From Octopus sinensis (lineage: Eukaryota): a DNA stretch of 9,238 nucleotides. The notes under the pieces are model-generated. The model saw only the letters and a program-made list of their open reading frames with translations, ran no database searches and had not been told where the DNA came from. This document shows, piece after piece, positions 1-7,395 of this stretch (the stretch's first letter is position 1; every line of letters begins with the position of its first letter). Position numbers and translations under genes: made by a program. The stretch covers positions 1 to 9,238 of the forward strand of contig NW_021827977.1 in the NCBI RefSeq assembly GCF_006345805.1, in the 5' to 3' direction.

Positions 1-349
1 CAGTCATTTGACTGTGGCCATGCTGTAGCACCGCCTTTAGTCGAGCAAATCAACCCCGGGACTTATTCTTTGTAAGCCTTAGTACTTATTCTATCGGCCT
101 CCTTTGCCGAACCGCTAAGTTACGAGGACGTAAACACACCAGCATCGGTTGTCAAACGATGTTAGGTGGGGGGACAAACACATACACACACATGCCTATA
201 TATATACACACATATATACGACGGGCTTCTTTCAGTTTCCGTCAAGGCTTTGGTAGAAGACACTTGCCCAAGATGCCACGCACTGGGAATGAACCCGGAA
301 CCATGTGGTTATTAAGCAAGCTACTTACCACACACCCACTACTGCGCCT
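1..349 (-). mobile_element. tRNA-derived SINE, family 'A' (head + internal TA/CA microsatellite + body), 3' tail cut by window start
   Basis: Colinear with the copy at 5757-6169 and the fragments at 7040-7258 and 7895-8075. The minus strand starts ataggcgcagtagtgggtgtgtggtaag, with a B-box-like ggttcattccc. It carries two short internal deletions relative to the 5757-6169 copy. Confidence 0.85.
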
Positions 350-565
350 ATATATATTATATTTTATATATATATATATATATATGCGTGTGTATTTATA
401 TATATTTGTATGTATATACGACTATACGTATGCGCATGTATCTAAGTATGTGTGTATATTATGGAGACATTATCCTAGATATGAGAACAATAATTGTGAT
501 TTGTTACTTATCTGTGGATGTGTGTATATGTGTATATATACGAATGCATGTATGTATGTATAATG
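350..565. repeat. (TA)n / TATG / TG low-complexity tract
   Basis: Degenerate alternating purine-pyrimidine repeats seen directly. Confidence 0.85.
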
Positions 566-1097
566 TGTAAATGAAACAGGAAAGGAATATACGCTTGATT
601 AAAAATAGACATATCCCATCCTATTGAGAATTGATATATAGGAAGATAAGGAAGTTGGAGGATGGGTATTATCTGACGGATAAATGATATTAACAGCATG
701 ATGATAATGGTGATAATTATAATAATTTCTGACTCAGTCACATGATCGCAAATTTGGAAGGAGAGGATTAGATAATTAAATATCAACCCTAGTAATTAAC
801 CAGGATTTATTTTTACGATCTCGAAAAAAAGTAGTAAAAGACAAAAGTGGTTTTGGTGGAATTTGAAATCATGAGTCGATGACCCGGAATAAATACTGCG
901 AATGTTTTCGTCTCACTCTATAATGATTCTCCCAATTCACTCGATCCATAATCAAGAGTATTATCGGTTGTGGTAGTTTGAGTGGAGGGATAGGTCTGTC
1001 AAACAGTATTGAAAGATTCTGTGGTGAGGTCAGGACGGGTGGAAATCGAACCTTGAGTCAAAGGGCGAAAAACAAACACGATCTCGATTGGCAGTCC

Positions 1098-1302
1098 TAT
1101 GATAACCCTTTTTACTATAGGGACGAGGCCTGAAATTTTGGGGAGTGGTTTAGTCGATTATGTCGATCTCAGTGTTCGACTGATACTTATTTCATCGACC
1201 CCGAAAGGAGAAACGTTTAGGTCGACCTCGGCGGCATTTGAGCTCAAAATGTAGAAACTGATGAAATGCCACTAAGCATTTCTCTGGTGTGCTAACGTTT
1301 CT
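1098..1302 (-). mobile_element. tRNA-derived SINE, 'C' head/core with tail type 1, 5' end truncated within the A-box region
   Basis: The reverse complement reads agaaacgttagcacacc...gagctcaaatgccgccgaggtcgac...ctttcggggtcgatgaaataagtatcag...aaaatttcaggcctcgtccctatagtaaaaaggg. It aligns with the head and core of 3841-4050 but has a different tail. Confidence 0.8.
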
Positions 1303-1943
1303 TATTTCTTTACTACCCACAAGGGGTTAAACACAGAGGGGACAAACAAGGACAGACAAACGGATTAAGTCGATTATATCGACCCCAGTGCGCAACTGGT
1401 ACTTAATTTATCGAACCCGAAAGGATGAAAGGCAAAGTCGACCTCGGCGGAATTTGAACTCAGAACATAGCGGCAGAGGAAATACCTATTTCTTTACTAC
1501 CTACAAGGGGTTAAACATAGAGGGGACAAACAAGGACACACAAACGGATTAAGTCGATTATGTCGACCCCAGTGCGTAACTGGTACTTGATTTATCAATC
1601 CCGAAAGGATGAAAGGCAAAGTCGACCTCGGCGGAATTTGATCTCAGAACATACCGGCAGAGGAAATACCTATTTCTTTACTACCTACAAGGGGTTAAAC
1701 ATAGAGGGGACAAACAAGGACAGACACTCGGATTAAGTCGATTATGTCGACCCCAGTGCGTAACTGGTACTTAATTCATCAACCCCGAAAGGATGAAAGG
1801 CAAAGTCGACCTCGGCGGAATTTGATCTCGAGAACATAGCGGCAGAGGAAATACCTATTTCTTTACTACCCACAAGGGGCTAAACATAGAGGGGACAAAC
1901 AAGGACAGACAAAGGGATTAAGTCTATTAAATCGACCCCAGTG
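1303..1943 (-). repeat. Tandem array of about 3.5 x 184-bp units, each a SINE core+tail ('D' tail) with B-box but no A-box
   Basis: The unit start tatttctttactac is at 1303, 1487, 1671 and 1856 (periods 184, 184, 185). Units differ by only a few substitutions. Each full unit contains the reverse complement of gagttcaaattccgccgaggtcgac... (B-box changed in units 2-3), as in the dispersed SINEs. Confidence 0.92.
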
Positions 1944-1964
1944 TAAGTATACCGTAAATTGTTG

Positions 1965-2010
1965 ATATGTATGTATAATATATAATATATATATATTATT
2001 AAAATATTTT
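1965..2010. repeat. AT-rich / (TA)n simple repeat
   Basis: tatgtatgtataatatataatatatatatattatt seen directly. Confidence 0.7.
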
Positions 2011-2208
2011 CGTGTTATTTAATTTCTGAACGGTTTTGCTGCCGTTTGTTTATGTAGTTTGATTTCTTTATCCATCATAAGATGGAGACGCGAGTAAAAT
2101 TAACAATAAAGAAACGAAAATAAAACTTTGGAAAGAGCCTAAAGGGAGATAATTGAGAAAGACTGAAAGTCAATGTAAGATCGTGATCATGTAAAGTAGA
2201 TATAACAA

Positions 2209-2366
2209 ATAATCCAGAATCCTTGTCCGGTACTGGATCGATCCCAGAATCTAATAAGTTTGCGCCAGTTACGAGGCCAAATCTCCCGGAAAGTTTCATC
2301 CGAATCCATCCAGCGGTTCTTGAGATATTTTGTCCACGGAGAAACAGATAAGCGTGACTGAAAACA
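2209..2366. mobile_element. Fragment of a probable non-autonomous Helitron/Helentron-type (HINE/DINE-like) element
   Basis: The motif aaagtttcatccgaatccatccagcggttcttgagatatttt (2290-2331), followed by an acagata...gactgaaaac stretch, resembles the conserved block of HINE/DINE/Lep1-like elements as I recall it. Internal palindromes: tccggtactgga (2226-2237, one mismatch) and ggatcgatcc (2235-2244). No terminal hairpin is visible, so boundaries are uncertain. Confidence 0.5.
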
Positions 2367-2419
2367 AAAGTTTTCAAATTTTGACACGAAGCCAGTAAAT
2401 TTTGAGGTAGCCAATTTCC

Positions 2420-2556
2420 AAAGAGAGAGATAGTGAGAGAAGGAGAGGGAGAAGGATAGAGAGAGAAGAGAGAAAGACAAATATAAGGAGGAGAGAGAGA
2501 GAGAAAAGAAACAAGACAAATATATGGGAGGAGAGAGAGAGAGTGTGTGTGTGTGT
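2420..2556. repeat. (AG)n-rich microsatellite with a ~40-bp internal duplication, ending in (GT)n
   Basis: agacaaatata..ggaggagagagagagag occurs twice (about 2474 and 2514), followed by gtgtgt. Confidence 0.85.
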
Positions 2557-2619
2557 ATTTGAAACAATCTATCCATTTATTTTATAATCTAGTTATCGAC
2601 AGATAAAGGATAAAAATCA

Positions 2620-2701
2620 AGGCAGGCCCTCAGCGTGATCCGAACTCAAAGAACCGCTAACTAATCTGTCAGGCGCTCTAACGACTCTGCCAACTTGCCG
2701 C
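2620..2701 (-). mobile_element. Degenerate SINE head fragment (C/D-type tRNA-like head)
   Basis: The reverse complement gcggcaagttggcagagtcgttagagcgcctgac...ttagcgg..tgagttcggatcacgctgagg resembles the head and B-box of 3841-4050, with an internal deletion. Confidence 0.6.
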
Positions 2702-3145
2702 TTCAACGTGATACATCGAATAAGGAATTTGAAAGAAGTTGTGTTAAAGCTCTCCAGAATGCGAATTAATGCGATATCTATGTAAAAACCAAAGAATTAA
2801 TTTTGGGTTTGATTTTTGTCGCTTATTATTGTTATTTTTGTTTTCGTCTTTTCTCGAAATGTTTCCATTCCATTAAATATGAAACCGAGTTAAAAACAGA
2901 AACAGGAAAGTGATAGAGGTGACGATAAATCACTTCACGGAGACACAATGTTAGAGAAGAACCGTTAACGTCATCCACGACACTAGATAAATAGAAGAGT
3001 CTGTCTCTTTTCTTGAAGCTGGTTGTTAATATGTCGCGTAATGGACTTTCTGTCTGGAAGTATTGGAGAATTCAGTTAGACCTGATGGGGAAAAGGAAAA
3101 ATCATTTTCATGATCCAGTAATCAGCGACTACATTACTAAACAAC

Positions 3146-3339
3146 GATGATGATGATGATGATGATGATGATGATATATGATATAATAATAATAATAATA
3201 ATAATAATATAATAATAATATATAATATAATAATAATAATAATAACCATAATGATAATAATAATAATGATAATAATAATAACAATATATAATATAATAAT
3301 AATATAATAATAATATAATAATATAATAATAATAATAAT
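3146..3339 (+). repeat. (GAT)n followed by degenerate (AAT)n microsatellite
   Basis: (GAT)10 at 3146-3175, then interrupted AAT repeats. Confidence 0.95.
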
Positions 3340-3685
3340 GATCACGAGCAGAAGTAGTGGGGAGCATCATAGCCATGTGTTGAGAGGGATTCTTTGGGGT
3401 TTGAATAATTCACCTCTGGAACATGGGTGGTTTTTTTCAACATCCTTAAACAACCCTTATTCAGGACCGTTTGAGCGGATGGGCTACTCACCTGAAGTAA
3501 ATTCTAACTGGGCCCAACTGCAAGGTCATGTCTGTTTATCTTGATATGAGATCCCATGTCGCGCACATATGGTTGTGATGCATGTGCCTGGTGTACCCTT
3601 ATCAGACGGGTAGTCATGATGGGTATATTGGGCTTCGTATTTTTACCCCAGTGTCACTTTGATGGCATGAACTGCTCTCTCACTC
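3340..3685 (+). mobile_element. Interspersed retroelement (non-autonomous element or LINE 3' portion) ending in an (AAT)n tail
   Basis: A 346-bp complex-sequence island flanked on both sides by (AAT)n, ending ...ctctctcactc-aataa. The sequence looks like a recurrent octopus repeat from memory. No recognisable protein motif. Confidence 0.5.
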
Positions 3686-3761
3686 AATAATATAATAATA
3701 ATAATATAATAATAATAATAAAAGATTTAAAAAAAAAATAATAATAATAATAATAAATAAA

Positions 3762-3796
<35 letters not shown>

Positions 3797-3840
3797 ATTA
3801 TATTATTATTATTATATTATATTATCATTATTATCATTAT
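3686..3840. repeat. (AAT)n switching to (ATT)n: tail-to-tail microsatellite tails
   Basis: The AAT run changes to an ATT run at 3779/3780, between a plus-strand element (3340-3685) and a minus-strand SINE (3841-4050). Confidence 0.9.
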
Positions 3841-4050
3841 TTCAAATTTTTTGTCACAGGGGCAGCTTGAAGAATGTAGGGATGAGTCGATTACATCGAT
3901 CCTAATGATCAACTTGGTACTTATTTTATCGACCCCGAAAGTATGAAAGGTAAAATCGACCTCGGCGGAATTTGAACTCAGAACATAGCGATGGGCGAAA
4001 TACCATTAAGCATTTCATCCGGCATGCTAACGATACTCCTAGATCGCCAC
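3841..4050 (-). mobile_element. Near full-length tRNA-derived SINE, 'C' head/core with tail type 2
   Basis: The reverse complement reads gtggcgatctaggagtatcgttagcatgccgg...gttctgagttcaaattccgccgaggtcg...tttcggggtcgataaaataagtacc...gctgcccctgtgacaaaaaatttgaa, then an AAT-type tail. The tail matches 7515-7550. Confidence 0.85.
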
Positions 4051-4055
4051 TTTAG

Positions 4056-4079
4056 ATAATAATAATAATAATAATAATA

Positions 4080-4146
<67 letters not shown>

Positions 4147-4152
4147 TATAAT
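4056..4152 (+). repeat. (AAT)n microsatellite
   Basis: Near-perfect AAT run seen directly. Confidence 0.95.
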
Positions 4153-4228
4153 ATCCAACCTGTTGTCTCTTGAGGTCTCTGGGTGAGACTTGGAGCCAAC
4201 TTGTACAGATATAAAGCAAAAGTCAAAC

Positions 4229-4229
<1 letters not shown>
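4153..4229 (+). mobile_element. Extreme 3' UTR fragment of a probable R4/Dong-clade non-LTR retrotransposon
   Basis: A 77-bp island between (AAT)n runs, with a gtctc(4165-4169)/gagac(4185-4189) stem around aggtctctgggt, then an A-rich end running into (AAT)n. The layout is like 4631-4695. The clade assignment is from recalled similarity only. Confidence 0.5.
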
Positions 4230-4292
<63 letters not shown>

Positions 4293-4306
4293 AAGTAGTA
4301 GTAGTT

Positions 4307-4345
<39 letters not shown>

Positions 4346-4378
4346 ACAATACTAATAATAATAATAATAATAATAATA

Positions 4379-4433
<55 letters not shown>
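4230..4433. repeat. Compound microsatellite (AAT)n-(AGT)n-(AAT)n-(ATT)n
   Basis: AAT at 4230-4260, AGT at 4261-4344, AAT at 4354-4380 and ATT at 4382-4433. Confidence 0.95.
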
Positions 4434-4435
<2 letters not shown>

Positions 4436-4694
4436 ACGGGATGTCAGAAACATCTAGATAATATCCCAGGAGAACAATGTTTCAGAGAAATCCAAAATAT
4501 TCTGTTGACAAGTACTGCGCACATCCTTAGACAAACCCTATCCATTTGAAAATCTGTGTTGTATTACATGAAGGTATTTCACTACCTCTCCTCCCCAAGC
4601 TTTCAGTCATATTGTAACATCTCTTATCCTTCACTCGCCCCAGGAATCTAGAAGTGTCTCGCGGCAAGTGACTGTAACAAAGATAAAGATTAAA
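4436..4694 (+). mobile_element. 5'-truncated R4/Dong-type (restriction-like endonuclease) non-LTR retrotransposon: ORF C-terminus + 3' UTR
   Basis: 4436-4549 translates as TGCQKHLDNIPGEQCFREIQNILLTSTAHILRQTLSI*, matching the pattern 'L..IPG....E(I/L)QK..L..TAHILR..LSI*' that ends R4/Dong-clade ORFs. The 3' UTR has the stem tcactcgcc(4631-4639)/ggcaagtga(4663-4671) and runs into (AAT)n. Confidence 0.75.
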
Positions 4695-4758
<64 letters not shown>

Positions 4759-4804
4759 TGATAATAATAATAATGATAATACTAATAATAAAATAATAAT
4801 AATG

Positions 4805-4839
<35 letters not shown>

Positions 4840-4976
4840 AATATATAATAATATAATAATACTGATAAATAATAATAAATAAATATGATAATATAAGAAT
4901 AATGATGATAATAATAATAATAATAATAATAATCATAATAATAATGATAATAATAATAATAAAATAATAATGAAAA

Positions 4977-5014
<38 letters not shown>

Positions 5015-5053
5015 TATAATAATGATAATAACAACAATAATAACAATAATAAC

Positions 5054-5085
<32 letters not shown>

Positions 5086-5200
5086 TAATAACAACAATAA
5101 TAACAATAATAACAATAATAATAATAATAATAATAATAATATTAACAATAATAATAATAACAATAATAACAATAATAATAATAATAATAATAATAGTAAT
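4695..5200 (+). repeat. Long degenerate (AAT)n array with AAC/GAT variants
   Basis: About 500 bp of AAT repeat, including an exact 60-bp tandem duplication (5021-5080 = 5081-5140). Confidence 0.95.
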
Positions 5201-5419
5201 AAAGCAACACATCTTCAATGTGTATATAGTGTTTATTTAACGAATATATAGTGTTCATTTAACCATGATTGATATCGATTCTCCAGACTTTATCTTGATA
5301 ATTTATTGGTTACGTCTGACTAATCACGTGATTATTTTTATTACTATGACGAAATGTTTTTCACTGAATCGTCAACTATATGTTATTACCCTTTAATTCC
5401 GTAAGTATTTTGTTGCGAA

Positions 5420-5738
5420 TACACGTAGCTTATTGGCTAGGGTGTTCGGCTCATGATCATAAGGCCGTGAGTTCATATTCCGGGTGCGTCGTGTTCTTGA
5501 GCAAGTTTTTCATTTCACGTTGCTGCAGTCCACTCAGCTGGCAAATACAAGCTGTACCTGTAGTTAAAAGAACCAGCTTTGTCACAGTCGTTGTGTCATG
5601 CTGAATCTCCCCGAGAACTATGTTAGAGGTACACGTGTCTGTTGGGTACTCAACCACATGCACGTTAATTTCAAGAGCAAGCTGTTCCGTTGATCGGATC
5701 ATCTGGAAACCTTTGTCGTCGTAAGCTGACTGAGAGCC
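5420..5738 (+). mobile_element. tRNA-derived SINE, family 'E', with CORE-like central segment
   Basis: A-box-like tagcttattgg (5426-5436), B-box-like gagttcatattcc (5469-5481), then gtgttcttgagcaagtttttcatttcacgttgctgcagtccactcagctggcaaat, resembling the 'gtgtccttgggcaag...' CORE-type block. No second copy is present in the window to confirm its ends. Confidence 0.7.
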
Positions 5739-5756
5739 TCTTTTTAATTTATTCTC

Positions 5757-6169
5757 TCTCTCTTTACTCTTTTACTTGTTTCATTCAGTTGACTGTGGCC
5801 ATGCTGGAGCACCGCCTTTAATTGAGCAAATCGACCCCGGGACTTATTCCTTGTAAGCCCAGTACTTATTCTATCGGTCTCTTTTGCCGAACCGCTAAGT
5901 GACAGGGACATAAACACACCAGCATCGGTTGTCAAGCAATGCTAGGGGGACAAACACAGACACACAAACATACACGCACATCTATATATATATATACATA
6001 TATACGACGGGCTTCTTTCAGTTTCCGCCTACCAAATCCACTCACAAGGCTTTGGTCGGCCCAAGGCTATAGTAGAAGACACTTGCCCAAGGTGCCACGC
6101 AGTGGGGCTGAACCCGGAACCATGTGACTGGTAAGCAAGCTACTTACCACACAGCCACTCCTGCGCCTA
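5757..6169 (-). mobile_element. Full-length tRNA-derived SINE, family 'A'
   Basis: Minus strand: A-box-like tggctgtgtgg (6147-6157), B-box-like ggttcagcccc (6104-6114), ccttgggcaagtgtctt, an internal TA/CA microsatellite (about 5955-6003), a body, and the tail ...gaaacaagtaaaagagtaaagagag. Homologous to 1-349. Confidence 0.88.
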
Positions 6170-6176
6170 TTCATAG

Positions 6177-6238
6177 AACAATAGAGAGAAAAAGAGCGAG
6201 GGAGAGAGAGACAGAGACAGACAGACAGATAGACAGAC
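6177..6238. repeat. (AG)n/(AGAC)n microsatellite
   Basis: Seen directly. Confidence 0.85.
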
Positions 6239-6617
6239 GGGCGAAGATCTAAAGGTAAAAAAAAGTTTGAGAACTGCCGATATGGAAGCTCTGCCATTGG
6301 TTCTTCACAGGAGCAATAAAGAACCGATTGGTAAATAGGTTTGCGTTTAGTTTAGCTGCCACTATGCAACTCGGCACCAATAATATATCCAAATAGAACA
6401 TCTCAAATACTCTTTGAACTCAGCTTCCGGCTATAAAGCAGCAATAAACCCGGCATAACCAAGATAAGAACAAGGCAATGGCTTTAAAAAGAAAAAGTAG
6501 TTTCAGACCGAAAGAGAACGATCTGTTCTATTCTTGTACACAGCACAAAGGTGAAGACATATATATTATGGCGTTTCAGTGAGTGCCGGGACTCGGAACT
6601 GTGTTAAAATAGCCACA

Positions 6618-6695
<78 letters not shown>

Positions 6696-6708
6696 GTATA
6701 TATATGTA

Positions 6709-6775
<67 letters not shown>

Positions 6776-6832
6776 GTATATATATATACGTATGTAGGTG
6801 TGTATACGTATACACACGCGCGCATGTATATA
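6618..6832. repeat. (TA)n microsatellite with TATG interruptions
   Basis: Long TA run seen directly. Confidence 0.95.
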
Positions 6833-6919
6833 CACATGAGCTTGACTAATAATTTTAATGAGTTGTTATGCAATGTGTATCTGATCTTTGTGAGATCGGT
6901 TATTTTAAAATTATTGATA

Positions 6920-7035
6920 CGTTTGTGTGTGTATATATGTGTGTGTGCGTGTGTATGGTGTGTGTGTGTGTGTGTGTATGTGAGTGTGTGTGAGCGTGCA
7001 TATATGTATGTGTGTGTGTGTGTACGGTACACGCA
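6920..7035. repeat. (TG)n microsatellite
   Basis: Seen directly. Confidence 0.9.
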
Positions 7036-7039
7036 TATT

Positions 7040-7258
7040 ATTTTATTCTTTTATTCTTTTATTTGCTTCAGTCATTTTACTGCGGCCATGCTGGAGCACC
7101 GTCTTTAGTCGACCAAATCGATCCCAGGACTTATTCTTTGTAAGCCCAGTACTTATTCTATCGAACTCTGTTGCCGAACCGCTAAATTACGGGGACGTAA
7201 ACACACCAACATCGGTTGTCAAGTGATAGTGGAAGGACAAACACAGACACACAAACAT
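7040..7258 (-). mobile_element. Headless family 'A' SINE body + tail
   Basis: Aligns to about 5760-5971 (22 mismatches over the 158 nt of 7101-7258, hand count). It ends at the internal microsatellite, followed by (GT)6 at 7259-7270. Confidence 0.88.
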
Positions 7259-7270
7259 GTGTGTGTGTGT

Positions 7271-7395
7271 GGAGGCGCAATGGCCCAGTGGTTAGGACAG
7301 CGGACCTTCGGTCGTACGATCGTGGTTTCGATTCCCAGACCGGGCGTTGTGAGTGTTTTATTGAGCGAAAACACCCAAAAGCTCCACCAGGCTCC
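7271..7395 (+). mobile_element. tRNA-like SINE head, family 'B' (tRNA-Arg-like), truncated
   Basis: Perfect A-box tggcccagtgg (7281-7291), B-box gtttcgattcc (7325-7335, one mismatch), and an anticodon-arm-like gaccttcggtc reminiscent of tRNA-Arg(TCG). Octopus tRNA-Arg-derived SINEs are known, but the family assignment is unverified. Confidence 0.75.

Noticed and set aside
159-786. ORFs 159..563, 388..570 and 508..786
   Set aside because: They run through a SINE and TA/TATG repeats or AT-rich spacer, with no recognisable domain or coding-like composition.
1041-1052. B-box-like ggttcgatttcc on the minus strand
   Set aside because: It is isolated, with one mismatch, no convincing A-box and no SINE body. 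It could be chance or a very old relic.
1303-1943. Regular repeat array as a possible CRISPR locus
   Set aside because: The units are contiguous 184-bp near-identical copies with no unique spacers. There are no cas genes, and the context is eukaryotic SINE-derived DNA.
2075-2576. ORFs 2075..2377 and 2187..2576
   Set aside because: They overlap a non-coding interspersed repeat and an AG microsatellite, and show no Rep/helicase or other motif.
3338-3544. 68-aa ORF inside the 3340-3685 element
   Set aside because: The ATG is formed by the microsatellite junction, and I recognise no RT or endonuclease motif.
3076-5251. Many ORFs with poly-I, poly-N, poly-Y, poly-L, poly-S or poly-V runs
   Set aside because: They are translations of AAT/AGT/ATT/GAT microsatellites that lack stops in some frames. 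Only the last 37 codons of 4190..4549 are meaningful (retrotransposon remnant).
7271-7345. Possible genuine tRNA gene (also considered at 5420-5490 and 6095-6169)
   Set aside because: A/B boxes are present, but I could not close a 7-bp acceptor stem or a full cloverleaf. Each runs straight into a SINE body with no oligo-T terminator.
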